From positions 60,001 through 92,000 of the forward strand of contig JBHLRO010000008.1 in NCBI GenBank assembly GCA_048882505.1: 32,000 bases of DNA, written 5' to 3'. The notes beneath the pieces were generated by a model. The model searched no databases. It was given only the letters and a program-made list of their open reading frames with translations, and was not told the origin of the DNA. Source of the stretch: Candidatus Thorarchaeota archaeon. Lineage in GTDB: Archaea; Asgardarchaeota; Heimdallarchaeia; Hodarchaeales; Hodarchaeaceae. Shown piece by piece: positions 18,538 through 26,470 of this stretch (position 1 is the first letter of the stretch; each line of letters begins with the position of its first letter). The translations under genes and the position numbers were made by a program.

Positions 18538-19395
18538 TTATTTATTATTTCCATTATACGAACTAATGATCTCACAAAGCCTCTCGTGAATTGAAGGACT
18601 TGCTGCCAAAATCGATGAAGATTTATCTGTTAAAGTTTGGTTTTTAAAATCTGTAACAATCCCCCCTGCTTCTTCAACCACCAACCGTCCTGCGGCTATG
18701 TCCCAGATATTGCTACCAGGCATGATAAAGGCTCCGTATCTCCCAGTTGCGACGTTGCATAAATCTAAGGATACAGCACCTACTTGACGGATTTTATTGT
18801 TAATAGGTTTCAATTTAGAGTAAATTCGAACCATATTACGCCTTGAGGTTGGGTCACGTCCATTTTCAAAACTTATAAATGCGTCTTCAAGTGAGGATTC
18901 CGTATCAACTGCGACAGGGCTGCCGTTGAGCGTCGCTCCCGCCTTTTCCTCTGCAATAAACATTTCATTCAAGATCGGAGCGAAAACAACACCGATCCTC
19001 AATATGTCTTTGAAATAATAAGCGATAGAGACTGCGAAATAGGGATTTTTTACCGAGAAATTAGTGGTTCCATCTAATGGATCAACTACCCATAAATGAT
19101 CCGAATTCCTGATGATCTTTTCGCTTTCTTCACTATACACAGAATGATCTGGAAATTCGTTGGTAAGAACCTTTTTGATTAAATCATCTGATTCTATGTC
19201 AGCCTCTGTCACGATACTTCCGTCGAGTTTATAGGATTTCCGGGCTTTCCCAAACTGTCGGATTATAAGCTCGCCAGCTTCCTTAGCTATTGTGACAGCA
19301 ATCTCTAATTGTTCAGAGTACACTATAATTCCCTTTGCCAAACAATCATCAATTTCAGAAATTTTTTTCTTAGGTTTCTCTAACCGTGGAGACAT
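18538..19395 (-). CDS. suhB: Inositol monophosphatase family (SuhB/FBPase-IMPase)
   Basis: VTEADIESD, SEE, WVVDPLDGTTNF and WDIAAGRLVVEEAGGIVTD motifs. Confidence 0.93.
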   Translation of the reverse strand: MSPRLEKPKKKISEIDDCLAKGIIVYSEQLEIAVTIAKEAGELIIRQFGKARKSYKLDGSIVTEADIESDDLIKKVLTNEFPDHSVYSEESEKIIRNSDHLWVVDPLDGTTNFSVKNPYFAVSIAYYFKDILRIGVVFAPILNEMFIAEEKAGATLNGSPVAVDTESSLEDAFISFENGRDPTSRRNMVRIYSKLKPINNKIRQVGAVSLDLCNVATGRYGAFIMPGSNIWDIAAGRLVVEEAGGIVTDFKNQTLTDKSSSILAASPSIHERLCEIISSYNGNNK

Positions 19396-19456
19396 TCGGA
19401 ATGAACGGAGATTTATTAAAAACTCGTTTTTTTAGTATTTTCAAGGAGTTTTAAGC

Positions 19457-20206
19457 ATGAATTCTGATTTTTTGGCCGATGGAAAACACTACGATCTTCT
19501 CATTGACTGGGAAAAGCGAATTCCCCCTGAAATACACTTTATAATCGAAGCCGTCAGTAGAAAATCTCAAAAGATTCGTTCGATCTTGGAAATAGGATGT
19601 GGGACTGGTAGACATACAGAAAGACTCCAAAATCGTTATCATATGACGGGGGTTGATATTAATCCCTCTATGATCCACGAGGCCGAAATAAGGGCTTCCA
19701 ATGCTGAATTTATTAATGGTGACTTTATGGAGCTAAATCTACTTAGGAATAGGTCTTTTGATGCAATAATCAGTCTTGGAAATACGATTGGATTAATTGC
19801 TACATCTTATGTTTATGAACTAATAATCTACAGGATTTATTCCCTATTAAAAGAACCAAATGGATTGTTGATCTTTCAGATCCTGAACATGGAGAAAGAA
19901 CGAAATGGATGGTCAATACCGCGATCAGTACAAACCTCGGATGGAGAATTTGTCTTCTTAAGAGAATTCCGAACAACTACAGAATATGTTATCCCGCAAA
20001 TTTTAACCTTATATCGTCCATACGAGGAGAGTAGTTGGGCATTCAATTCATTGGGTCCCACAATGATACCTCGAACTACACGAAAGGCAATGTTAAATAT
20101 TCTTAAGAAAGCCGGATTTGGACAAGTGGAATTCTACGGGAGCTACGAATGGGAAAAATTTGATCCCCAGACATCAGTCGATATGATTGTGGTTGCGCAT
20201 ACCTAG
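19457..20206 (+). CDS. Class I SAM-dependent methyltransferase, 249 aa
   Basis: ILEIGCGTGRH (motif I), TGVDINPSMI, GDF and FDAIISLGNTIG. YDLLIDW at the N-terminus resembles small-molecule N-methyltransferases. Confidence 0.92.
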   Translation: MNSDFLADGKHYDLLIDWEKRIPPEIHFIIEAVSRKSQKIRSILEIGCGTGRHTERLQNRYHMTGVDINPSMIHEAEIRASNAEFINGDFMELNLLRNRSFDAIISLGNTIGLIATSYVYELIIYRIYSLLKEPNGLLIFQILNMEKERNGWSIPRSVQTSDGEFVFLREFRTTTEYVIPQILTLYRPYEESSWAFNSLGPTMIPRTTRKAMLNILKKAGFGQVEFYGSYEWEKFDPQTSVDMIVVAHT

Positions 20207-20217
20207 GTGTTCTGGAA

Positions 20218-22557
20218 ATGTTCACTGAGGGAGCAAAAGAGGCCATATATCGAATCCGACAAGAAATCCCTCAAGTCCCAACTTTATTAGAATTCGTGTT
20301 TTTTTCGATCGGGTTAATCTTCTTATTCCCGTCTCTAAATTCTGACTATCTAAAAAATCGTAATCTGTTTATAAAAGTCCTAAAGCAGGACAAAAAACCG
20401 AAAGAGATTGATCGTTTGTTAGAGCTAATGCCTATCGAGATTTCTGAGGGATGTCTGGCCTATTTAAGTCAATCGAGTGATTGGTGGGTCATTTTTCAAG
20501 AATTAAGCCTGAAAAACAAACTAGATCATCACGATCTGGCCGTTCTTCACGAAAACATACGGTTATCTTCGCAAAAAAAAAGATTGGGCAGCTATCACAC
20601 ACCGAAGAGCTTGATACAGAAGGTCTGTCGTACTTCGTTATTTACTTACCTAGTTAGCCTTGATGGTTTTCCCTTGGACGGCAGGACGACCTATAATTTG
20701 GTTTTTAAAGGAAAATATCCCTCAAACTTAGACAATGACGTATACAAACAAATAATGGATGTGTTGAGCGCTGTAAAGGTGCTAGATCCCAGTTGTGGTA
20801 TTGGGCTTTTTATTATCGAGATGAACAATCTGATTATCGAACTACTCCAAAAAAACCCCGCAAACCGTAAATCTTCCAAGAAAAGTATATTTCTCATCAA
20901 AAAAGTTTTGCTGAACACTTATGGATGTGACATAGATCCAGTAAGTATATATCTCTCCAGGATTACTCTATATAAGATTTACCTGGAAATTATCAAGAAG
21001 GAAAATAGCTCAGAAACCACCTTATCTAGTACTTTATTCTCAGATCAATTGCAGGTAAGGAATTTCATTAGAGACGACATCTCAAACCAATTTGATATTT
21101 GTGTTACAAATCCACCATATGTCCGGCACCATGGATTAAAATCAAAAATTGATTTAACAAATAATATGGCTAGGTTATCAAAAGACCTGCATTTCTGGGA
21201 CAAAAAGGCTGATTTGTATATTTATTTTTGGTTGAAAATAATTTCCTTGTTGGTTGACAACGGAACACTTGGTTTGGTTGTTTCTCGATCATGGCTTTCC
21301 TCGCGATTCTCCCAGCCTTTGATAAACAGATTTTTGGATGACTTTCAATTGGTCATGATATTGGAAACTCCTTATGAACCTTGGCAACATGCCCAGGTCA
21401 AAACCCATATCGTAATTGGCCGAAAAATCCGATCGAACGTAGAAAATCGTCCTTTACAAACCATTATCTTGAAGGAAAACGATGAGAATGCATTTGTTGA
21501 CATTCCCATTCTGATTAGCTCTCTCTTCCCAACAAAACCATTGGCAGATGAATTTATCTGGAAGGATGATGGCCTAACGATTCGAGGATACGAGACACCC
21601 GCTTTTAGATCAACTTATATCTCGGATGCGGGTAGAATAATCCGGCGCAAGATCTTTCCCCTTTCTCGATTAGATTATCTTGAAATGGCTCCTTTGCTCT
21701 TGATTAAAGTATTACTTAGGAATCAAGATAAATTTTGTATGCTCGAGGAGCTGGGTGATGTCAAAATGGGTAGTACCACTGGTGCTAACAAATTTTTTTA
21801 TCTTTCTAGTAAGACGGTCAAGGATTTTAATATTCCAGACAAATTTCTCAAGATTATGACGAAATCGCCTCGAGAATGGGATGATATCTTTGGACCATAT
21901 CCCAAAAGGCTCAAACACTTGCTTTATTTATCCGTTGAATCCTTTGACCTTGAAAGTGCGCCAGTTGGGCACCCTGTAAAACAATATCTGACCGAGATTC
22001 AAGAAAAGGTTCTTTCGCGTCCATATTTTCGTAATAAATCCAAAACTGCATGGTATCGTGTTCCTCTACTTCAACCTGATCTAGTTCTCCCAAACATGAT
22101 TTACAAGCGATCTTTTGTGGGACTAAATGCTCGAAAGTATCACATAGACAAACAATGGATTGGTTTTTGGTCTTCAAAACGAGATTGGACTTTGATCTTA
22201 TTAGCCTTCTTTAATTCAACTCTTGGGATATTATTAAGAGAAACATTGGGAACCAAAACGTTGGGCCTCGGAGCCCTGAAGATATCATTACAGGAATGGC
22301 GTCACATGTTGGTGCTAGATCCAAGACCTATCATGAAATCCTCGATTTTTCCAAGTTTGGTGTCTGCCGTTCAACGCTTAAAAAATGTTGAAATTCCAGC
22401 GATTGCTGCCGAAGGTCCATTTGGCAGGATTAGAACTGTTATTGATAATCTAATACTTAGGGAATACTTGGATTTATCGAATGAAGACATTTTTAACTTA
22501 TCTGATACTTTAAAGCTCGAGTACGGTTGGCGAACACATCGAAAAGGTCCATCTTGA
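20218..22557 (+). CDS. N6-adenine DNA methyltransferase (Eco57I/type IIG-like MTase plus TRD, no visible nuclease), 779 aa
   Basis: LGSYHTPKSL (motif X), VLDPSCGIGLF (motif I), YGCDIDP, VTNPPYVR (motif IV), DLYIYF, and a C-terminal KMGSTTGANKFFYL target-recognition region. Confidence 0.88.
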   Translation: MFTEGAKEAIYRIRQEIPQVPTLLEFVFFSIGLIFLFPSLNSDYLKNRNLFIKVLKQDKKPKEIDRLLELMPIEISEGCLAYLSQSSDWWVIFQELSLKNKLDHHDLAVLHENIRLSSQKKRLGSYHTPKSLIQKVCRTSLFTYLVSLDGFPLDGRTTYNLVFKGKYPSNLDNDVYKQIMDVLSAVKVLDPSCGIGLFIIEMNNLIIELLQKNPANRKSSKKSIFLIKKVLLNTYGCDIDPVSIYLSRITLYKIYLEIIKKENSSETTLSSTLFSDQLQVRNFIRDDISNQFDICVTNPPYVRHHGLKSKIDLTNNMARLSKDLHFWDKKADLYIYFWLKIISLLVDNGTLGLVVSRSWLSSRFSQPLINRFLDDFQLVMILETPYEPWQHAQVKTHIVIGRKIRSNVENRPLQTIILKENDENAFVDIPILISSLFPTKPLADEFIWKDDGLTIRGYETPAFRSTYISDAGRIIRRKIFPLSRLDYLEMAPLLLIKVLLRNQDKFCMLEELGDVKMGSTTGANKFFYLSSKTVKDFNIPDKFLKIMTKSPREWDDIFGPYPKRLKHLLYLSVESFDLESAPVGHPVKQYLTEIQEKVLSRPYFRNKSKTAWYRVPLLQPDLVLPNMIYKRSFVGLNARKYHIDKQWIGFWSSKRDWTLILLAFFNSTLGILLRETLGTKTLGLGALKISLQEWRHMLVLDPRPIMKSSIFPSLVSAVQRLKNVEIPAIAAEGPFGRIRTVIDNLILREYLDLSNEDIFNLSDTLKLEYGWRTHRKGPS

Positions 22558-22626
22558 GCCTGGTTATCCGATATAAAGAAAACTAAAATCTCAATGACAT
22601 TCCTTTGGGTGCCTAGAAAACGCTAA

Positions 22627-23115
22627 TTATTGCCATTCAATACGTGGAGAGTCGTTATCACGCAGGGCCTTATTACACTCCCCAATGTGAAACGCAGTGT
22701 GCCGTAGAACGTATAGATATTTTTCGAATCTAGTTTCAAACCAATCAAATCCGTCTTGAGAAAACATTTCAATATCAGACAACGAAGCCAGGGTCAAGCT
22801 GGCTTTGTTTTCGATCTCTACGAGAAACTCTTGTAAGAAATCCTTGGTAATCTGTAATTTTAGACCTTGAATTTCATCTTGCGATTGTGTATCCCATACT
22901 ATTCCGATTTTATGTCCCCATTTCATTCCTCTTGGATCATCACGCAAATAGAACGCTAATGTTTCGATTACGTGGTATAAAACCCAGGATACAGACCATT
23001 CATTCATTGACTGAAACCAATGCTGTTTTGGACATTTTTCAATAACCTGGGTAGCTAGGTTCAAAGAACTCCTAATTTGCTGTAGGAGGACTTTTTGAGC
23101 AGATATCGATGCCAT
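22627..23115 (-). CDS. DinB/YfiT superfamily protein, 162 aa
   Basis: WSVSWVLYHVIE and YVLRHTAFHIGE give the DinB His triad (H...H-x3-H). Confidence 0.88.
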   Translation of the reverse strand: MASISAQKVLLQQIRSSLNLATQVIEKCPKQHWFQSMNEWSVSWVLYHVIETLAFYLRDDPRGMKWGHKIGIVWDTQSQDEIQGLKLQITKDFLQEFLVEIENKASLTLASLSDIEMFSQDGFDWFETRFEKYLYVLRHTAFHIGECNKALRDNDSPRIEWQ

Positions 23116-23130
23116 TAGTTCACCCCTTGT

Positions 23131-24054
23131 TTAATCCAGTTGACAACAGACCGCCTTAAATATATCTGACGGTTGTATAAATTTTCCTCCACTTATCATA
23201 AAAACGATTAACAACACAGGGATAGAAAAGAAAAAGAACAAGACCAAGAACCAAACGACGGGAAAATTTTGAGCGGAGTATGAAGAGTTTTTGCTGAGTT
23301 TATGTAATTCTAACCCAAAATAGCTAATATAAACCACAGCTATACCCAAACTCCAAAATCCATACTCTCCTTCTAGAGCAAATAACACCCACAAAAACCC
23401 GCCCAACGATAGGGTGACCAACACCAAAATGATCCACATACTTCTATTCATTTCGCGTTTGGAGGGGATACGAAGATTCATAAAACCTAGTACAAAAATC
23501 ATCATCCAAAAGCCTGTGTACGCAAACCAATGTCCCACCACTTCGTCGAGGAACCATACATGCTGATAATATTCCGGTCTAAGAGCCTTGATATCAAGAT
23601 CAATTGCCCGAGAATTGAGAAAATCCGCAGCAGAGTGGATGCCCTGCCCTAGATTAAACGACACAAGGCCCAGGAAATAAAGAGTGATGATTAAAACGGG
23701 TATTTTGCCAGATTGACCTTTTTCCAACCTTTTCCAGATATTTTGAACATCGATTTTAATTTTCATCTTTGTATATTGGATTTCAAGAACTTCAGAATCT
23801 CCAGCATCATACAAAATCCCCAGTAGAAAAAGAGAGTGACATAAAACGACTAGAATGGGGATAGCTAGGAGATTTACGAAATTATCAATGTTATATCCGG
23901 ATTCAGGAAAAATGACCCGACTTATCCAGAAGAAAGCATTTAAGATTATCATTATGAGAGACAAAAGTACCGTGACTAATAAACCTGTAATAGTTCCCCC
24001 TCTAATTGTCCAAGATGCAAAGAACTTGTCAATGATATGTTGAAATATTCCCAA
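23131..24054 (-). CDS. Polytopic membrane protein with CLN6-like motifs, 307 aa
   Basis: About 7 hydrophobic segments. Intramembrane motifs FNLGQGIHSAADFLNSR and WFLDEVVGHWFAYTGF match the G-x2-IH-x3-D-x2-N-x-R and DE-x2-GH-x3-Y patterns I recall from CLN6. Confidence 0.6.
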   Translation of the reverse strand: MGIFQHIIDKFFASWTIRGGTITGLLVTVLLSLIMIILNAFFWISRVIFPESGYNIDNFVNLLAIPILVVLCHSLFLLGILYDAGDSEVLEIQYTKMKIKIDVQNIWKRLEKGQSGKIPVLIITLYFLGLVSFNLGQGIHSAADFLNSRAIDLDIKALRPEYYQHVWFLDEVVGHWFAYTGFWMMIFVLGFMNLRIPSKREMNRSMWIILVLVTLSLGGFLWVLFALEGEYGFWSLGIAVVYISYFGLELHKLSKNSSYSAQNFPVVWFLVLFFFFSIPVLLIVFMISGGKFIQPSDIFKAVCCQLD

Positions 24055-24137
24055 TTTTACTTCACCAGTCCGAAGTCTAATTAGCGCTGGTCAGCAAAGC
24101 AACCAGAGATTTGAACCGGGTTCATTTGGCTAGGATT

Positions 24138-24434
24138 TCAATGGTTCTTGGTTTTTGAAAAACTACTTATTTCACCAGAAGAAGTGAAAGTTACGGCGAA
24201 AACCGCAAATTCTTCATTAAATCCTGCTAGTACGTTTCTACGATAAACATTTCCCGAAATCTGAAGCTTCGTTACTCTAGGCCATCCAGTACTTTCGGTA
24301 ATCGACCTTAGAAGGTTTTTAAATGATTGAGCACATATCCTACAGCAAAAAAACCTCTTAATCCCCTCTATCTCGAGCCAAAAGTTCCCCCAAGTCGAAC
24401 CACATAATACACACCCGTCCGTTCTAGGAATCAA
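24138..24434 (-). CDS. Ta0938-family Zn-binding protein, 98 aa
   Basis: GCVLCGSTWGNFW..IEG...FFCCRICAQSFKNL...TGW....LQISGN matches the Ta0938 pattern (CxxC...CCxxC). Confidence 0.82.
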   Translation of the reverse strand: MIPRTDGCVLCGSTWGNFWLEIEGIKRFFCCRICAQSFKNLLRSITESTGWPRVTKLQISGNVYRRNVLAGFNEEFAVFAVTFTSSGEISSFSKTKNH

Positions 24435-25323
24435 ACTGCTCCGCCCTTTTCAGTCTGCTCATTAGATATTTATCAAATGCTTCGATTGATTTCAGGAATG
24501 TACTTTGGACAGATCTGAGATATACAGATTTTGAGGTTACAATGTACTTTTCTATCAAATCCAAGGCCTCCTCAACGTGCTGGACATCCGCTTCATATCC
24601 TTCCCTTAGGAATGCTTTGGTTGCCTCAGTAATTTTGTTGGTTTTCAAAATGCCTGGATCAAAATAATGTTTGGTTGCTCCTTCCCCACGTAATCCCTTG
24701 TGAGCGATTAATTCCAGACCATGCATTGCCAACATGGCCTCTAGCCAATGATAATTAGCCGCAATATGGTTCCAGAGTCTAATCGATTGTACTGTCTCTG
24801 AAAGAGGTCGCATGGTGATTAGTTTTTCCTTCTTAATGCCCAAACTCTCTCCCATCTTAAGCAACAACTCATAATGTGCCTCCGATCCTTGATAGCCTCC
24901 AAATTCAGTGTTAATATTATCCAATTCATAGAGGACAACGTCATCAAACTCGGTCTTGGCCATAATGTAGGCACAAGATCGCACCCACTGCCTCAAAAAA
25001 TGCTGATGTTCAACGACATAACCCAAGAGCGTGGCACGCGACGGATGTTGGAGAGCCTCGACAAAAGGATGGGCTGGGGACCCATAGAACTTCTCTATGA
25101 AGCGTAATTTTACCCATTTTTTTAATCCCAACTCTTCTACATCGAAGTAATCTCGAAGAAGTGATGCAAGTTTCCTCGGTTTTACTTTTTGATTCGTAAG
25201 ATTCCTATTCAACCATCTTATGTGAGGGGGGTCGCTCGATTCCGTGAACTGATAGATGTGATCAGCCAGTTTTGAAAACTCTTCATCTTCGAAGAGTTCA
25301 TCACAAACCATACATCTTATCAT
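24424..25323 (-). CDS. N-terminal C2H2-type Zn finger fused to a heme-oxygenase-like (TenA/PqqC/CADD) domain, 299 aa
   Basis: CMVC...LADH...H at the N-terminus, then EHQHFLRQW, ELDNINTE..GSEAHYELLLKMGESLG, AMHGLE and EADVQH. Confidence 0.8.
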   Translation of the reverse strand: MIRCMVCDELFEDEEFSKLADHIYQFTESSDPPHIRWLNRNLTNQKVKPRKLASLLRDYFDVEELGLKKWVKLRFIEKFYGSPAHPFVEALQHPSRATLLGYVVEHQHFLRQWVRSCAYIMAKTEFDDVVLYELDNINTEFGGYQGSEAHYELLLKMGESLGIKKEKLITMRPLSETVQSIRLWNHIAANYHWLEAMLAMHGLELIAHKGLRGEGATKHYFDPGILKTNKITEATKAFLREGYEADVQHVEEALDLIEKYIVTSKSVYLRSVQSTFLKSIEAFDKYLMSRLKRAEQFDS

Positions 25324-25356
25324 TAGTATCCTACCATATAAGTTGATTTTCAGCGA

Positions 25357-25572
25357 TTAAACGGGGAAATCCTTTGGAAACCGATTTCTCAATTCGATAT
25401 ATTCGGGCTCGGTTCCATATTTATCACGAACTCCAAGGAGGATCAACCTAACTTCTTCAGTGGTATAACCCCTCCAACCAGAAATCATCCTTAATGTTTC
25501 TTCAAAACTGCCTTTACACGCCCTATAGCAGTCTCCCATGGCTTTGAGCAGCTCATGTTCCTTTGGATTCAT
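25357..25572 (-). CDS. Small helical hypothetical protein, 71 aa, first gene of the Zn-finger/HO-like operon
   Basis: ATG start with an AT-rich box about 20-30 nt upstream. Sequence LLKAMGDCYRAC..FEETLRMI..WRG...Y.ELRNRFPKDFPV. Ends 33 nt before the next gene. Confidence 0.75.
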   Translation of the reverse strand: MNPKEHELLKAMGDCYRACKGSFEETLRMISGWRGYTTEEVRLILLGVRDKYGTEPEYIELRNRFPKDFPV

Positions 25573-25891
25573 TGGTTAGAGCCCTGAGACTTATATTCTT
25601 AAATTACGGATTCCTAAGAAATATAAAGCATTAATGTTCCGATAAAACCATCATTGAATATTGTTCGGAAATGGCTGCATCCTAAAGGTTTCAATACCGG
25701 AGCTAATTACTCCCAGAAATTTTATTCTATCGACTTCGATAGGATCAGTTGTTTATGGCAATCAAGATGTAGATATGCATAGATAACCTTTTGTTCTGTC
25801 AATGCATGATCTTGAATATAAGGAGTTAGTAGCAGTTATTTTCTTCACTGCAAGAGGGAATGCTGCCCAGAAATGGAAAAATAAGACATTT

Positions 25892-26464
25892 TCACTCAAC
25901 GGAATGCTTAATCAATCTCCTTTTGACCTTTGGTAATCCGTATCCAGTTTTTTGACTAGCAACTATTATCGACAAATTATCCCCTTCTGGTACATCCAGC
26001 GCTGCCTGAATGGCATTTTCTACCTCACGTATCAATTCAGAATGATTTTTGACCTTAGAATCAGCCTGAATCAGGTCAAATTTATTACAAACGACAATAC
26101 AGGGTATTCGTTTAGTTAATGGAACTACTCGCTTTTGAAATTCATTTTTTGATTCCAGTAACCGAACGGAATCATGGGCATCGACAACATATATGATTAC
26201 ATTGCATTTTTTGAGATAGGAACTCCAAAGATCCCGTAGTCCTTTTTGACCTCCCAAGTCGATAATGGTAGCTTTTACGAATTCATCATCATCTTCAAGG
26301 CTTATCGCATCCATTGTTGACGCAAGAGTTGGTTTAAGGTCTGTGACAAATTTTCCTGTTGTCAATCTAATATACATGGCAGTTTTTCCTGCATTGTCTA
26401 AACCACAAAAAACCAGATTGATCGGTGCTCCTATGGCGCGAATTGTTGACTTTAAATGACTCAT
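25892..26464 (-). CDS. Small GTPase, Arf/Sar-like, 190 aa
   Basis: G1 GLDNAGKT, G2 KPTLA, G3 DLGGQ, LW in switch II, YVVDAHD and G4 NKFD. The G5 region reads VASQKTG. Confidence 0.92.
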   Translation of the reverse strand: MSHLKSTIRAIGAPINLVFCGLDNAGKTAMYIRLTTGKFVTDLKPTLASTMDAISLEDDDEFVKATIIDLGGQKGLRDLWSSYLKKCNVIIYVVDAHDSVRLLESKNEFQKRVVPLTKRIPCIVVCNKFDLIQADSKVKNHSELIREVENAIQAALDVPEGDNLSIIVASQKTGYGLPKVKRRLIKHSVE

Positions 26465-26470
26465 GAACCA

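Noticed and set aside
20218-22557. BREX PglX or complete type IIG restriction system
   Set aside because: No brx/pglZ neighbours or recognisable nuclease domain, and the protein is much shorter than typical fused R-M or PglX proteins.
25654-25785. 43-aa TTG-started ORF in the gap between the HO-like operon and the GTPase
   Set aside because: No SD, no motif, and a length within chance expectation.
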